A DNA stretch of 64,000 bases from a virus. The position numbers were made by a program, and so were the translations under genes. The DNA lies in IMG/VR virus record IMGVR_UViG_3300032229_000533, positions 118,340 to 182,339 of that record; one strand, given 5' to 3'. Below the pieces are notes generated by a model that had not been told where the DNA came from, searched no databases, and saw only the letters and a list, made by a program, of their open reading frames with translations. Shown here in pieces: positions 1-9,081 of the stretch (positions are counted from its first letter, which is position 1; the number at the start of each line of letters is the position of its first letter).

Positions 1-1275
1 CAAACCTAATGTAAAGTTTTGTAATTCGTCTTCAAATCCCAATAAGAATAAGTGAATGATTGCAATTTTGTTTAACTCCGCAATCATACTTTTTTGAATT
101 CTGTTGATTGTACGAGCAAAACGAATATCTTGTAATGATAAATTTTTACCATCACCAACAACTTCTTCAAAACCTAAAAATGCTTTAGGTACACGAAGAG
201 CCGTTAATAATTTCTTTTGAATATATTCAATATCGGCAATCTCTGATAAGTTAGTTGCTCCTGGTAATGTTGTAATTGGGTCTGGTGCTGCAGGGTCACG
301 AACAGGAATAAAATAATCTTGGTCTACCGCCATTTGGTTAAACCTCATATCAACATTACCTGTTTTAGCATCCACAACTTGTTCTCTCTTGAACTTGTTG
401 GCAACACGGTTTACATATGCTTCAACGTCGTCATCGTTCATGTTTCCAACAAACACCTTAAACATTCTTCGTTCAGGTGCTCTTGACGTACGATAGATTA
501 ACATCGCATCTTCAGATAACAATAATTGTTTCCAAATACGTCTTGCCTTTTCTAACATGGAAGTACCGTACGGAAGTTTTCGGTCATCACCTAATAATCT
601 AAAGTGAGCTATTTCCCATGATTGGAATTCCATATTTCTATTTTTCCAAGTAAAATGAAGAGCCTTTTTATTCTCATCTTTTTCTTGTGTAATATCCACA
701 GTAATTTTGGCAGATACTCCAACCTCATGACGTTCAATTTCAATTGTTGGTAATTGTTGACAACCAATAATACCTTTTTCAGGGTCTAATTTAAGGTAAA
801 CAAAGTTATCACCATACTTACAAGTGTTTCTTGTCCACATTGGTAAGTTGGTGTTAATATCAAGTGCATTATTAAATAAATCCGCTAATACAGATTTAAT
901 ACGTTTTGATTCAGAATAAATTTGAAGGATAAAGCCATCTTCGTTTGTTGTTGTAGATTCTTCAGAATAAATGTCTAACGCCGCTGAAATTTCAGGAGTG
1001 TATTCCATTGATTCATAATCATACTGAGCGGATAATCTTGATGGTTCATAATAAATCGCTTGAGAGTATAAATTGTTTTCAACTTTAGCCCATTGATTTG
1101 TTAAATAAAATGTTTGTTGCGCTTGGAGTTTTTCTCTTTCGTAATCATCGCGATTTGGAGTACGCAAAAGTTCTTTTTTATCAAACTTAAAAGTTGGATA
1201 ATCTTGTTTTAATAAAGAGTTTGGTCCAAATGTTTTGGACAACCTCTGCCATACCGTTAAATTATTATCACTCAT
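1..1275 (-). CDS. Portal vertex protein (T4 gp20-like), 3' end outside window
   Basis: Not in ORF track because it is truncated. Hand translation from ATG at 1275 gives MSDNNLTVWQRLSKTFG...YESMEYTPEISAALDIYSEE...IYRTSRAPERRMFKVFVGNM, motifs typical of T4-type portals. Lies directly downstream of the terminase. Confidence 0.88.
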   Translation of the reverse strand, partial: MSDNNLTVWQRLSKTFGPNSLLKQDYPTFKFDKKELLRTPNRDDYEREKLQAQQTFYLTNQWAKVENNLYSQAIYYEPSRLSAQYDYESMEYTPEISAALDIYSEESTTTNEDGFILQIYSESKRIKSVLADLFNNALDINTNLPMWTRNTCKYGDNFVYLKLDPEKGIIGCQQLPTIEIERHEVGVSAKITVDITQEKDENKKALHFTWKNRNMEFQSWEIAHFRLLGDDRKLPYGTSMLEKARRIWKQLLLSEDAMLIYRTSRAPERRMFKVFVGNMNDDDVEAYVNRVANKFKREQVVDAKTGNVDMRFNQMAVDQDYFIPVRDPAAPDPITTLPGATNLSEIADIEYIQKKLLTALRVPKAFLGFEEVVGDGKNLSLQDIRFARTINRIQKSMIAELNKIAIIHLFLLGFEDELQNFTLGL

Positions 1276-1312
1276 AGTTTAAATTTACTAATTACCTTGA
1301 TAATATAAATAG

Positions 1313-3076
1313 TTAGCGCGAACCAAATAACCATCCATATTTTTGGTAATCAGCCTTGGTGGCCTCACCTTGATTATTCATACCATTACCCCTACCCATT
1401 TGTGGAACCATTGGGTTAAAGAAATCAGAAGAGTTTTTATTTTCATTAACCGTGGTTGCCCATGAGTTAATCATTGCTTTAGTATGATTAGTTACTTTCT
1501 CTAAAGATTGAAACGATTTTTCCGCAACATACAACGCCATGGAAACACCCATAATACAGTCATCATGATGACCTTTTTGGTGGTCAGGTCTACCGTTGAT
1601 ATATACAAACGTATTCATTTCATTGTATAATCTATTTGAATATACTTTAAATCCATGCCTAACACCTTCTTCAAATGATGCAATAATCTGAACCCTTTTA
1701 GAGTTAAAATTAATACCAGGAATTTTTTCGTTAATTTTTGGGTCCCATTTCCACTTATTACTTGTATCAACGTTATCAATATATAAACCACCCTGATAGT
1801 TTAATTCTTGTAATTTTCTCGCAGTAGAAATACCCATACCCCCTGTGATATCAATTACACAGTAAGCATTATACATTGTCCCCCATTTATATGCTATTTC
1901 AGCCAATACATCAGGTGGAATTTTTGCAACGTATTCTAATACTTGTTCTCTTTCATCAAAATCAATAATTTGGATACACGAAAAGTCCTCAGAATCACCA
2001 CGAGATACATCCACACCCATAACGTATTTGTGACCGTTTACAGGTTCTTTAAATATCCACAATGAACCACCCATAAGTTTAGCTTGTGGTTCACGTAAAG
2101 TATTTTTAGCAATACCTTGCATTAATTCAGATTCAAATACGTTATCACCTGAACCTAAGAAGTTACATTCCAACTCTTGAGCTACTTTTCTTCGGTCAAA
2201 CTTTAACTTTTTAACCATACTTTCAAACCACGCAGAACATGGTTTATATCCTTGGGAGATGTAATCAGTTACAACAGAATGGTCTCTGTCGTATGGATTT
2301 TCCATAGACAAATCAACAATATCTTTATCAGAATATTCTTCTCGGTTTAACAAATAGTGAACCAAATCATTAGTTTTAACCATATACAAATCTTTTGTAT
2401 ATCTTGGGTCACGATACCAAAACATCTCAGATATTTTGAAATCGTTCATGTTTCTTAATGACTGGTCATAGATTTCATAGTAGATTGGGTCATATCCGTT
2501 TGGAGTGGATACAACAATAACTTTACCCCCTGTAGATAGGGACGCCATACACGCAGACCAGAAATCTGAATCCGCTTCAATAAACGCCGCCTCGTCAAAT
2601 ACAAGGATAGTAGGGGTATAACCCCTCAAAGCATCCTTTGACGTTGCAACCGCTTTTACTTCACAGTCGTTACTTAATTTGAAATGTCTTTGGGAATTTT
2701 TTTCTTTTGAAAAAGTAACTCCGACCCATGCAGGCCATTGTTCTGTAAACCCTCTCACCTTGTTAGCCATCTCCATTGAGGTATCTAACTTGTTTGCAAT
2801 TATAAGGATTTTTTCAGGTTTGTTCTTTTTGGCAAATACTAATCTTTTAGATATCCATGCCGCAGTTACGGTGGATACACCTGCCTGACGATACTTCAAT
2901 GCAATATTTTCATTGTAGTTATCGTAATCTTCAATTAAACTAACTTGGTCGGGAAATAAGTCCAATGGGACATATTTGGATACGGTATTATCGTATGTTT
3001 GTAAGTAAGTACGAAGTGCGTAAGGAGTATTCCTCATACACTTCGTAACTTCAATAATCAGTTGTTCTCTATTCAC
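1313..3076 (-). CDS. terL: Terminase large subunit (T4 gp17-like)
   Basis: Walker A-like KYRQAGVST, Walker B ILVFDEAAF, coupling motif STPNG, RNase H-type GVDVS and HDD nuclease residues. Confidence 0.95.
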   Translation of the reverse strand: MNREQLIIEVTKCMRNTPYALRTYLQTYDNTVSKYVPLDLFPDQVSLIEDYDNYNENIALKYRQAGVSTVTAAWISKRLVFAKKNKPEKILIIANKLDTSMEMANKVRGFTEQWPAWVGVTFSKEKNSQRHFKLSNDCEVKAVATSKDALRGYTPTILVFDEAAFIEADSDFWSACMASLSTGGKVIVVSTPNGYDPIYYEIYDQSLRNMNDFKISEMFWYRDPRYTKDLYMVKTNDLVHYLLNREEYSDKDIVDLSMENPYDRDHSVVTDYISQGYKPCSAWFESMVKKLKFDRRKVAQELECNFLGSGDNVFESELMQGIAKNTLREPQAKLMGGSLWIFKEPVNGHKYVMGVDVSRGDSEDFSCIQIIDFDEREQVLEYVAKIPPDVLAEIAYKWGTMYNAYCVIDITGGMGISTARKLQELNYQGGLYIDNVDTSNKWKWDPKINEKIPGINFNSKRVQIIASFEEGVRHGFKVYSNRLYNEMNTFVYINGRPDHQKGHHDDCIMGVSMALYVAEKSFQSLEKVTNHTKAMINSWATTVNENKNSSDFFNPMVPQMGRGNGMNNQGEATKADYQKYGWLFGSR

Positions 3077-3082
3077 AAAATG

Positions 3083-4369
3083 TTATTTAGGTAGTGTTAT
3101 ACCTAAACCACTTAAAAAGTCATCTAAACCATCATCGTCATCCTCATCTGAATCAATATTTTCTTCTTCTTTGTAGTTTTCAAATTCTTCTTTCATTTGA
3201 ATCGCTTCTTTCATGATTTCTTTAAATCTTGAGGTGGCTTTTTTAACTTTTGAAGAATCTTCAGAGATGGCATTTCCAATAATTTCTAAAAACTCTTGTG
3301 CTGGTATTTGATATAACAATATATGGAACCAGTTTATTAGTCCTTTATTATCTTGGTCATACATTTCATCGGGTAATGCAAATCTAATTTTTTCAACAAT
3401 TTCAGGACCAATTCTTAATTGCATTGGTTCATTAGATAAAATGTCTGTTTGACCTTGTACTTTTTGACGAAGACTTGGTTCTTTTGGTAATCCGTGTCTA
3501 CCTTTAGCTTCTTCTAATCCTTTAATAATTTCATGACAAAGAATCGGGAAAATCATACCTGTAGCCATGATTTTTGTGTCAGGTTGTGATTCACCTTCTT
3601 CTCCACCTTCATCTTCATCGGCATCACCTAATTCTACTTTACCTGCAACACCTTGACCTGTTTGACTCATCATTTCAATCATTTGTTCCATACTAAAATA
3701 CAAGAAATCATTGATTGCCATAATACCCAAATAATCTCTATAAAGAGACGGGTCAATAGCATCTAATCTTGCTTTAACTTCAGGTTTTTGAAAAAGATAA
3801 TGTCCTTTTTTTGCAGCACCTTGGATAATTGCGTTAATAATATTTCTTTTGTGTTTTTCTAACTCTAAAATTTCTTCGTCGGTTAAATCTTCAATATCAA
3901 AAGATGGGAATTCCAAAGATTCTTCCTTTTCTTCTTCATCCTCTTTATCATCTTCAGGTTCAAATCTAAAATTACCAGTATCTGGCATACCTAAAGTAGC
4001 TTCAATTTGATACCAATCTGCAGGAACTTCGGCCTCATCTAAAGACGCTTCTTTTGCTAAATCAATAAGTTCATCCCTATTAGCTGCTTCTATTCTCATA
4101 ATATTAGGAAGCTTTCTCATCATTTCTTGGTAAATCATACCTTGAACTTGTTTAGAACTAAGGTCTTCTATTCCAGTTACTTGTCTTAATTTATTAGCAA
4201 CTTTTTGAAATCTACTACTAACTAATCTTTGAACATCTTGGGTTCCTCTTTGTAGTGCAGGATTACTTGCGTAAATATTTTCAGGACTTCCCAATTTTCT
4301 TTCCAAATTTGGGTCCATTCTTTCAGGTCTATTACCGTAATCTATTTGTTCGTTAAATTTCTTTGCCAT
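3083..4369 (-). CDS. Acidic hypothetical protein
   Basis: 428 aa ORF, co-oriented in the packaging gene block; no recognisable motif. Confidence 0.8.
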   Translation of the reverse strand: MAKKFNEQIDYGNRPERMDPNLERKLGSPENIYASNPALQRGTQDVQRLVSSRFQKVANKLRQVTGIEDLSSKQVQGMIYQEMMRKLPNIMRIEAANRDELIDLAKEASLDEAEVPADWYQIEATLGMPDTGNFRFEPEDDKEDEEEKEESLEFPSFDIEDLTDEEILELEKHKRNIINAIIQGAAKKGHYLFQKPEVKARLDAIDPSLYRDYLGIMAINDFLYFSMEQMIEMMSQTGQGVAGKVELGDADEDEGGEEGESQPDTKIMATGMIFPILCHEIIKGLEEAKGRHGLPKEPSLRQKVQGQTDILSNEPMQLRIGPEIVEKIRFALPDEMYDQDNKGLINWFHILLYQIPAQEFLEIIGNAISEDSSKVKKATSRFKEIMKEAIQMKEEFENYKEEENIDSDEDDDDGLDDFLSGLGITLPK

Positions 4370-4372
4370 AAA

Positions 4373-5236
4373 TTATTTCTTTAATAAGTTCATTATCACA
4401 TCAATCACTTTGTCTTTAGCCTGTTCAGGTGAAACTTTTGTCGCTTTTGGTGCGGGATTTTCACCAGGGTTTGGGTTTTTACCAGGATGAGCAGGTCTAC
4501 TTGGTTTTGTAGTTGGTTTTGTTGTTGGTTTTGTTGTAGGTGCGGGTGCAGTTTGTTGTTCTTTTGTTTCACTTTTTTTTGCCTTTGGAGCAGGATTCTC
4601 TCCAGGGTTTGGGTTTTTACCAGGATGTGCAGGTCTTGTTGTAGGTCTTGTTGTAGGTTTTGTTTTTGGTTTTGTTGGTGCAACCGCTGGTTCTGATTCT
4701 GAAAGAACCTTCATTAAATCGCCTTTTGTAATTCTTGGGGGTATATGTTTTTCCACTATTCTTTCTATTTGAGTTTCCAAGAACAAAGATACAGGATTTT
4801 TCCCTTCTTTCAATTGTTTTTTTACTTCTCTTACACATCTCTCCCACTTTCTTGATTTTTTAGGTCCGACTTGTGAATGACAAATAGCCCAAGGATTTGG
4901 ACCATCTTTTTCTTCCATCATTCCCATACCATCTGTTTCATCACCAAATCCATCATCAGATGAAGGGCCTACTTGATGAGGGTCTTGAGTTTCAGTATCT
5001 TTATTTGGGTCTAAAGTTACTTCTTCTTCTTCATCAAGTTCTTTTTCATAAACTTGAAATGGTTTTTTTTCACTTTTTAACTTATTAATTGTTGCGGAAT
5101 CTGTTTTTGACACCATTGTTTGTTCAACAAATAATTTTTTATGTAAAGTATCAATTTGTGACTCAGTTAATCTACTAACTGTTTTAGACGATAAACCTTT
5201 ATCAATCAATTCAAGGGCTTTTTTATTAACTTTCAT
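4373..5236 (-). CDS. Hypothetical protein with duplicated Pro/Thr/Lys-rich segment
   Basis: 287 aa; two copies of RPAHPGKNPNPGENPAPKA, each preceded by PTT(K/R) repeats. Confidence 0.8.
   Translation of the reverse strand: MKVNKKALELIDKGLSSKTVSRLTESQIDTLHKKLFVEQTMVSKTDSATINKLKSEKKPFQVYEKELDEEEEVTLDPNKDTETQDPHQVGPSSDDGFGDETDGMGMMEEKDGPNPWAICHSQVGPKKSRKWERCVREVKKQLKEGKNPVSLFLETQIERIVEKHIPPRITKGDLMKVLSESEPAVAPTKPKTKPTTRPTTRPAHPGKNPNPGENPAPKAKKSETKEQQTAPAPTTKPTTKPTTKPSRPAHPGKNPNPGENPAPKATKVSPEQAKDKVIDVIMNLLKK
4448..4690 (-). repeat. Intragenic duplication plus PTTK/PTTR short tandem repeats
   Basis: ccagggtttgggtttttaccaggatg occurs twice (about 4464 and 4602), each next to ggttttgtt/ggtcttgtt repeats. 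Confidence 0.8.
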
Positions 5237-5621
5237 ATACTAATTTTTTTTCAAATTCTAAAATTAAGTCTCTTTCATAGAGTTTATCTTTAATTTCCTG
5301 TTCAGAACTACCAAATCTAAAAACCATTCTTTTTTGTCCTTCAGATTCTTCTTGTTCCCAGGCTAACGCAACAACGTCATCCATTGCGTCTATCATACAA
5401 AAAAAATCGGAGTTCTGAATCAATTCCAATTTTAAATCAGTATTTCTCAGAACTCCTACTTTCTTAATATATTGTAATTCAGGTGGAGTTGGATAACCGT
5501 TGGAAGGTTTACTTTCCCAAGATTCTCCCCAAACGTCCAAACTATCTGAAAATATAAATTCGTATAAATTATCTCCCTTATAGTTAGGACCTAGTCCGTT
5601 AACATAAGTTAAATAGCTCAT
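5226..5621 (-). CDS. Hypothetical protein
   Basis: 131 aa ORF overlapping both neighbours by a few nt. Confidence 0.75.
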   Translation of the reverse strand: MSYLTYVNGLGPNYKGDNLYEFIFSDSLDVWGESWESKPSNGYPTPPELQYIKKVGVLRNTDLKLELIQNSDFFCMIDAMDDVVALAWEQEESEGQKRMVFRFGSSEQEIKDKLYERDLILEFEKKLVYES

Positions 5622-6862
5622 ATCAAATCTCCGTTTGGTGTAATTCTTACTTGACCTGTTTTAGTTTCAAAAACTAAATTCTTTTTGTTTGTGATTCCAA
5701 CAAATTTAGAATTTAAATTTTCTTTTACAAATTTCTTAGCTGCTAATTCTTGTTCAATAGTTTCAGTCATTTTAACAACTGATTCCATAATCTGATTAAC
5801 TATTGATTTTTTCTTCGCAGTTTCTTGGATTTGTTTTTCTTTACCTTCTCTAATTTCTTTTTTAGAAACCTCAAAATATTTTGAAATTACTTTGTCTACT
5901 TTTGATTCACTAAAAATACTATCAAAGATTGCTCCATTACCATAATCTTCTTCTTCCATTTCATACCCCTCAACAGGAATATCCATATCAGCTTGAATAT
6001 CTTCAACTTCAGTATCGTCAGTCATATCTTCACCGTCCATATCATCTTCTTGACCAAAATCTTCAGTTTCATCTTCTTCAAATTTAGACATGATGTCTTC
6101 CTTATCTTCCTCTGATAATGATTTTAAATCTAATGAAGATAATACCATATTAATTACATACTTAATATCTTCAGAAGTCATTCCTTCTTGAGAATCAAGG
6201 GTTCTAATTTTTTGAGTTAATTTACCTGTAAGTTTTTGAATTGTTTTAAACGTAACTTGTCCTTCATTTTCTTCTCCACCTTCTTCAGCGTTAACGTCAA
6301 CATCAATGTCAACATCATCTACTTCAGGTGCGTCATCTACTTCAGGTGCATCATCTACTTCAGGTGCATCTTCCATTCCCATGTCTTCACCTCCACCCAT
6401 TGGTGATGGTGGTAATTCAGGTGATGGTACTGCTGGTGGTGCCGCTGGTGGTGCAATAGGTGCCTCAGCTGCAGGTTCAGGTTTTGGGGTTTTTAATGTG
6501 AATTTTTTTTGTTCACCATACAATGAAACACCTTCTTCGTTTTCATTAATTCTGTTTAATTCTCCCGCAACAAGATTTAATCTTTTAAACGCTTGCGAAT
6601 ATGAAGAATAGTATTTTCTATTTTTCATAGGTTCAATATATTCAGTTTCAGATTCAGAAATAGTTTTCTTAATAATATATCCTTGTCTTTCTCTTACAAT
6701 TTCATACTTGTTTCCGTCGGCAAGAGACACTGAATATTCAGATTTTGCAGTTTCATTAATTGATTTTGGCATCACTTCTTTGAAACGAGCGATTTCCATA
6801 ATTCTACTTATTTTGTCTTGGCCTGTTAGTTTTTCACTACCAATTGGTTTTAAGTCTGCCAT
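5618..6862 (-). CDS. Acidic, Pro-rich hypothetical protein (possible head/scaffold-associated)
   Basis: 414 aa; Pro/Ala linker, DDAPEV x3 and long Asp/Glu tracts. Confidence 0.75.
   Translation of the reverse strand: MADLKPIGSEKLTGQDKISRIMEIARFKEVMPKSINETAKSEYSVSLADGNKYEIVRERQGYIIKKTISESETEYIEPMKNRKYYSSYSQAFKRLNLVAGELNRINENEEGVSLYGEQKKFTLKTPKPEPAAEAPIAPPAAPPAVPSPELPPSPMGGGEDMGMEDAPEVDDAPEVDDAPEVDDVDIDVDVNAEEGGEENEGQVTFKTIQKLTGKLTQKIRTLDSQEGMTSEDIKYVINMVLSSLDLKSLSEEDKEDIMSKFEEDETEDFGQEDDMDGEDMTDDTEVEDIQADMDIPVEGYEMEEEDYGNGAIFDSIFSESKVDKVISKYFEVSKKEIREGKEKQIQETAKKKSIVNQIMESVVKMTETIEQELAAKKFVKENLNSKFVGITNKKNLVFETKTGQVRITPNGDLI
6315..6368 (-). repeat. 18-bp coding tandem repeat x3
   Basis: tcatctacttcaggtgc(g/a) three times, encoding the DDAPEV repeat. 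Confidence 0.9.
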
Positions 6863-6881
6863 ATTTTCTTATTTTATATTT

Positions 6882-7076
6882 TTAATTATTTAATCCGTTA
6901 AACCCACCTAAGGTTATCGCGTTTAGTTGTATGATTGGTTCATTGTCTGCGTTAGAAAATACGGGGTGAGGAGCAACCCCATTAGCAGGACCTCCCTCTG
7001 TTATTGAACCACCACTAAAATTACCTAAAATTCCAACGGTATACTCGTATTGTGTATTTGCAGAATATGTTGCCAT
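6882..7076 (-). CDS. Small hypothetical protein
   Basis: 64 aa ORF preceded by a TATTTATT motif on the coding strand. Confidence 0.7.
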   Translation of the reverse strand: MATYSANTQYEYTVGILGNFSGGSITEGGPANGVAPHPVFSNADNEPIIQLNAITLGGFNGLNN

Positions 7077-7123
7077 GTGTTTTAATTTTCTTAATAAATA
7101 TACGACCGATACAAATAATTTAA

Positions 7124-7849
7124 CTATTCTTGAATTGTTCTTTCAATAGACAACTCTTTATCCGTCTCTTTATTTACGGTATCAAATAATTTTTCTATGT
7201 GACCCGACCTTCTTAAAAATTTAAAAACCAAATTTTCATAAGATAATTCACCATCTTTTTCTAATCCAGACTTTCTATAATCTTTAAGTTTAGTCTTAAT
7301 TGTTTCTAAATTTTTATCCTCGTCAATCGCGGTATCAATCTTTTCTGTCCAAGATTTTATCTTTTTTTCAAGAACTGATTTGTCAATTTCGTTTTTGAAT
7401 TTTTTTGGTTTGCTAACCCATTCATCATTCATAACAGAATATACCCCTGAACTATAATGTGGTTCTTCTGCATCTTGTGCATATAACTCAACATCGTAAC
7501 CAAAAATTTTGATATTATGTTTGTCGTTAAAAACTTGTTTTTTTAAATTGAATAATTCTTTATATAAGTCACTTTGTTTTTCATATTGTTTTAAATCAAC
7601 AATTACATGTAAATCAAAGTCTGAAAATTCTGACCAATTAAAATTTGCTAATGAACCTGTAAGATGAATATCGTCAACAAAAACATCATCACCTAAATAA
7701 TCAATAAACTCTTCTGAAATACGCATAAGAGCTTTTCTAACCTTTGGTATCATTACCGATTTGTTAGGTTCTTTCGGATTTTCCCAAATTTTTGGGTTTA
7801 GTGTATCCTTAATTGAAAAGCTATCAAGAATTTTTTGGAAATTATTCAT
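7124..7849 (-). CDS. Pol-beta superfamily nucleotidyltransferase
   Basis: GSLANFNWSEFSDFDLH (GS..DxD) plus a third acidic residue in DVELYAQD. Confidence 0.82.
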   Translation of the reverse strand: MNNFQKILDSFSIKDTLNPKIWENPKEPNKSVMIPKVRKALMRISEEFIDYLGDDVFVDDIHLTGSLANFNWSEFSDFDLHVIVDLKQYEKQSDLYKELFNLKKQVFNDKHNIKIFGYDVELYAQDAEEPHYSSGVYSVMNDEWVSKPKKFKNEIDKSVLEKKIKSWTEKIDTAIDEDKNLETIKTKLKDYRKSGLEKDGELSYENLVFKFLRRSGHIEKLFDTVNKETDKELSIERTIQE

Positions 7850-7870
7850 CCTATATAAATAGTAAGAATA

Positions 7871-8113
7871 TTAAAGTTTTTTATATGGGTATTTTTTTGC
7901 GATATCTGTGGTAAAGAATTTACCTTGAGATTCGGCTAATCTAAGTTTTGTGTAAACTTGGTGTGGGACACCATCGTATTTGTATTTTGCTCCGTTATTA
8001 AATTCAACAACTAAATCTTTTGTTTCAGTGTCATATTCAGTTGATTTAATGTTTGACGATTTGATTTCGTTTTTAATCTTCGTCCCAATTATCTCCTCTT
8101 TTATTATAGCCAT
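7871..8113 (-). CDS. KTSC domain protein
   Basis: SSNIKSTEYD...LVVEFNNGAKYKY.GVP..VY..L..AESQGKFF pattern. Confidence 0.85.
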   Translation of the reverse strand: MAIIKEEIIGTKIKNEIKSSNIKSTEYDTETKDLVVEFNNGAKYKYDGVPHQVYTKLRLAESQGKFFTTDIAKKYPYKKL

Positions 8114-8405
8114 TTTTACTTAGTGGGGTTAAATCGTTTATTTTTTCCATTAATGGTTTCATGTAGTTCACTAACTCAGTAAATGTAATATCAAAACCAT
8201 AATCTTTAACTTGATTAAATAAAGCCTTTTGAGTATCCCCAAATTTGTGAAATAGTTCCATCATCATTGGTGAATATGTTGGTGGTTTTTCCAAATCATT
8301 TTCACTAAATCCCAATCTTTGGAATTCCTGTCTTAATTCAAGATAAGTCTCAAGTAATTCTTTGGTCCCTAACGTATCATTTAAAAATTTTTCAAATGGC
8401 TTCAT
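8073..8405 (-). CDS. Hypothetical protein
   Basis: 110 aa ORF with TATTTATA just upstream (8409-8416). Confidence 0.7.
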   Translation of the reverse strand: MKPFEKFLNDTLGTKELLETYLELRQEFQRLGFSENDLEKPPTYSPMMMELFHKFGDTQKALFNQVKDYGFDITFTELVNYMKPLMEKINDLTPLSKNGYNKRGDNWDED

Positions 8406-8419
8406 GTATATAAATACGA

Positions 8420-8446
8420 AACCCCCACTAAATGTGAGGGTTTAAT
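8420..8446 (-). terminator. Probable intrinsic terminator
   Basis: aaaccc-c-cac taaat gtg-a-gggttt hairpin just after the 8447 stop codon. Confidence 0.55.
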
Positions 8447-8881
8447 TTAAGACTTCAATTTTTTCAACTCATCTCTAATCTCAATTGATTTTTCAAAATT
8501 TTGTTCTTCAATTGATTTTTTTAATTCTAATTCAAGTTTTTTAATTGAATCTTGATTTGTTTCATAGTTTTTAATTTCATCTCTGAGTTTTACCGCTTCT
8601 TCAAAGTTTTCATCTTCAATAGCAATTTGAAGTTTTTTCTTTAAAGCATTTAAACCAGAACTTTTATTGGTGCCATTAGAACTATTGGTTCTAACAAAGT
8701 TGGTTATGTAAATGCTACCGTCTGGTGATGAATAGGTCTCTTTTGTCCAATCACCTAATTCGTCATTTCCTTTTTCACTTTTACTATCATTTGGCATCCC
8801 ACCAAACATAGAATCGAATTGACTAAAAATTGCGTCAAAGTCTCCAAAGATGTCGTTAATGTTTTTTCTTCTTCTAAACAT
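8447..8881 (-). CDS. Protein with two UvrB/UvrC (UVR) coiled-coil motifs
   Basis: LKKKLQIAIEDENFEEAVKLRDEI and LELELKKSIEEQNFEKSIEIRDEL; divergent from clpC. Confidence 0.85.
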   Translation of the reverse strand: MFRRRKNINDIFGDFDAIFSQFDSMFGGMPNDSKSEKGNDELGDWTKETYSSPDGSIYITNFVRTNSSNGTNKSSGLNALKKKLQIAIEDENFEEAVKLRDEIKNYETNQDSIKKLELELKKSIEEQNFEKSIEIRDELKKLKS

Positions 8882-9081
8882 GTTTCTTTTGTTTTTTTAA
8901 TTTTATTTTATATCTTTGTAATATCAAATTTTATTCCGATGATAAATATACGTCATTTTTTCAGATAAGACAAATATTATCTGACATTATGACATACTAA
9001 AAAAATATTTATGACAATTTGTCAAATTATTTGGAGATGAACAAAATTTGTACTTACTTTGTAAACCAAAATATATAAAAT

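Noticed and set aside
4405-4847. Gln-rich and Cys-rich ORFs overlapping 4373-5236
   Set aside because: Alternative-frame or antisense readings of the PTTK repeat region.
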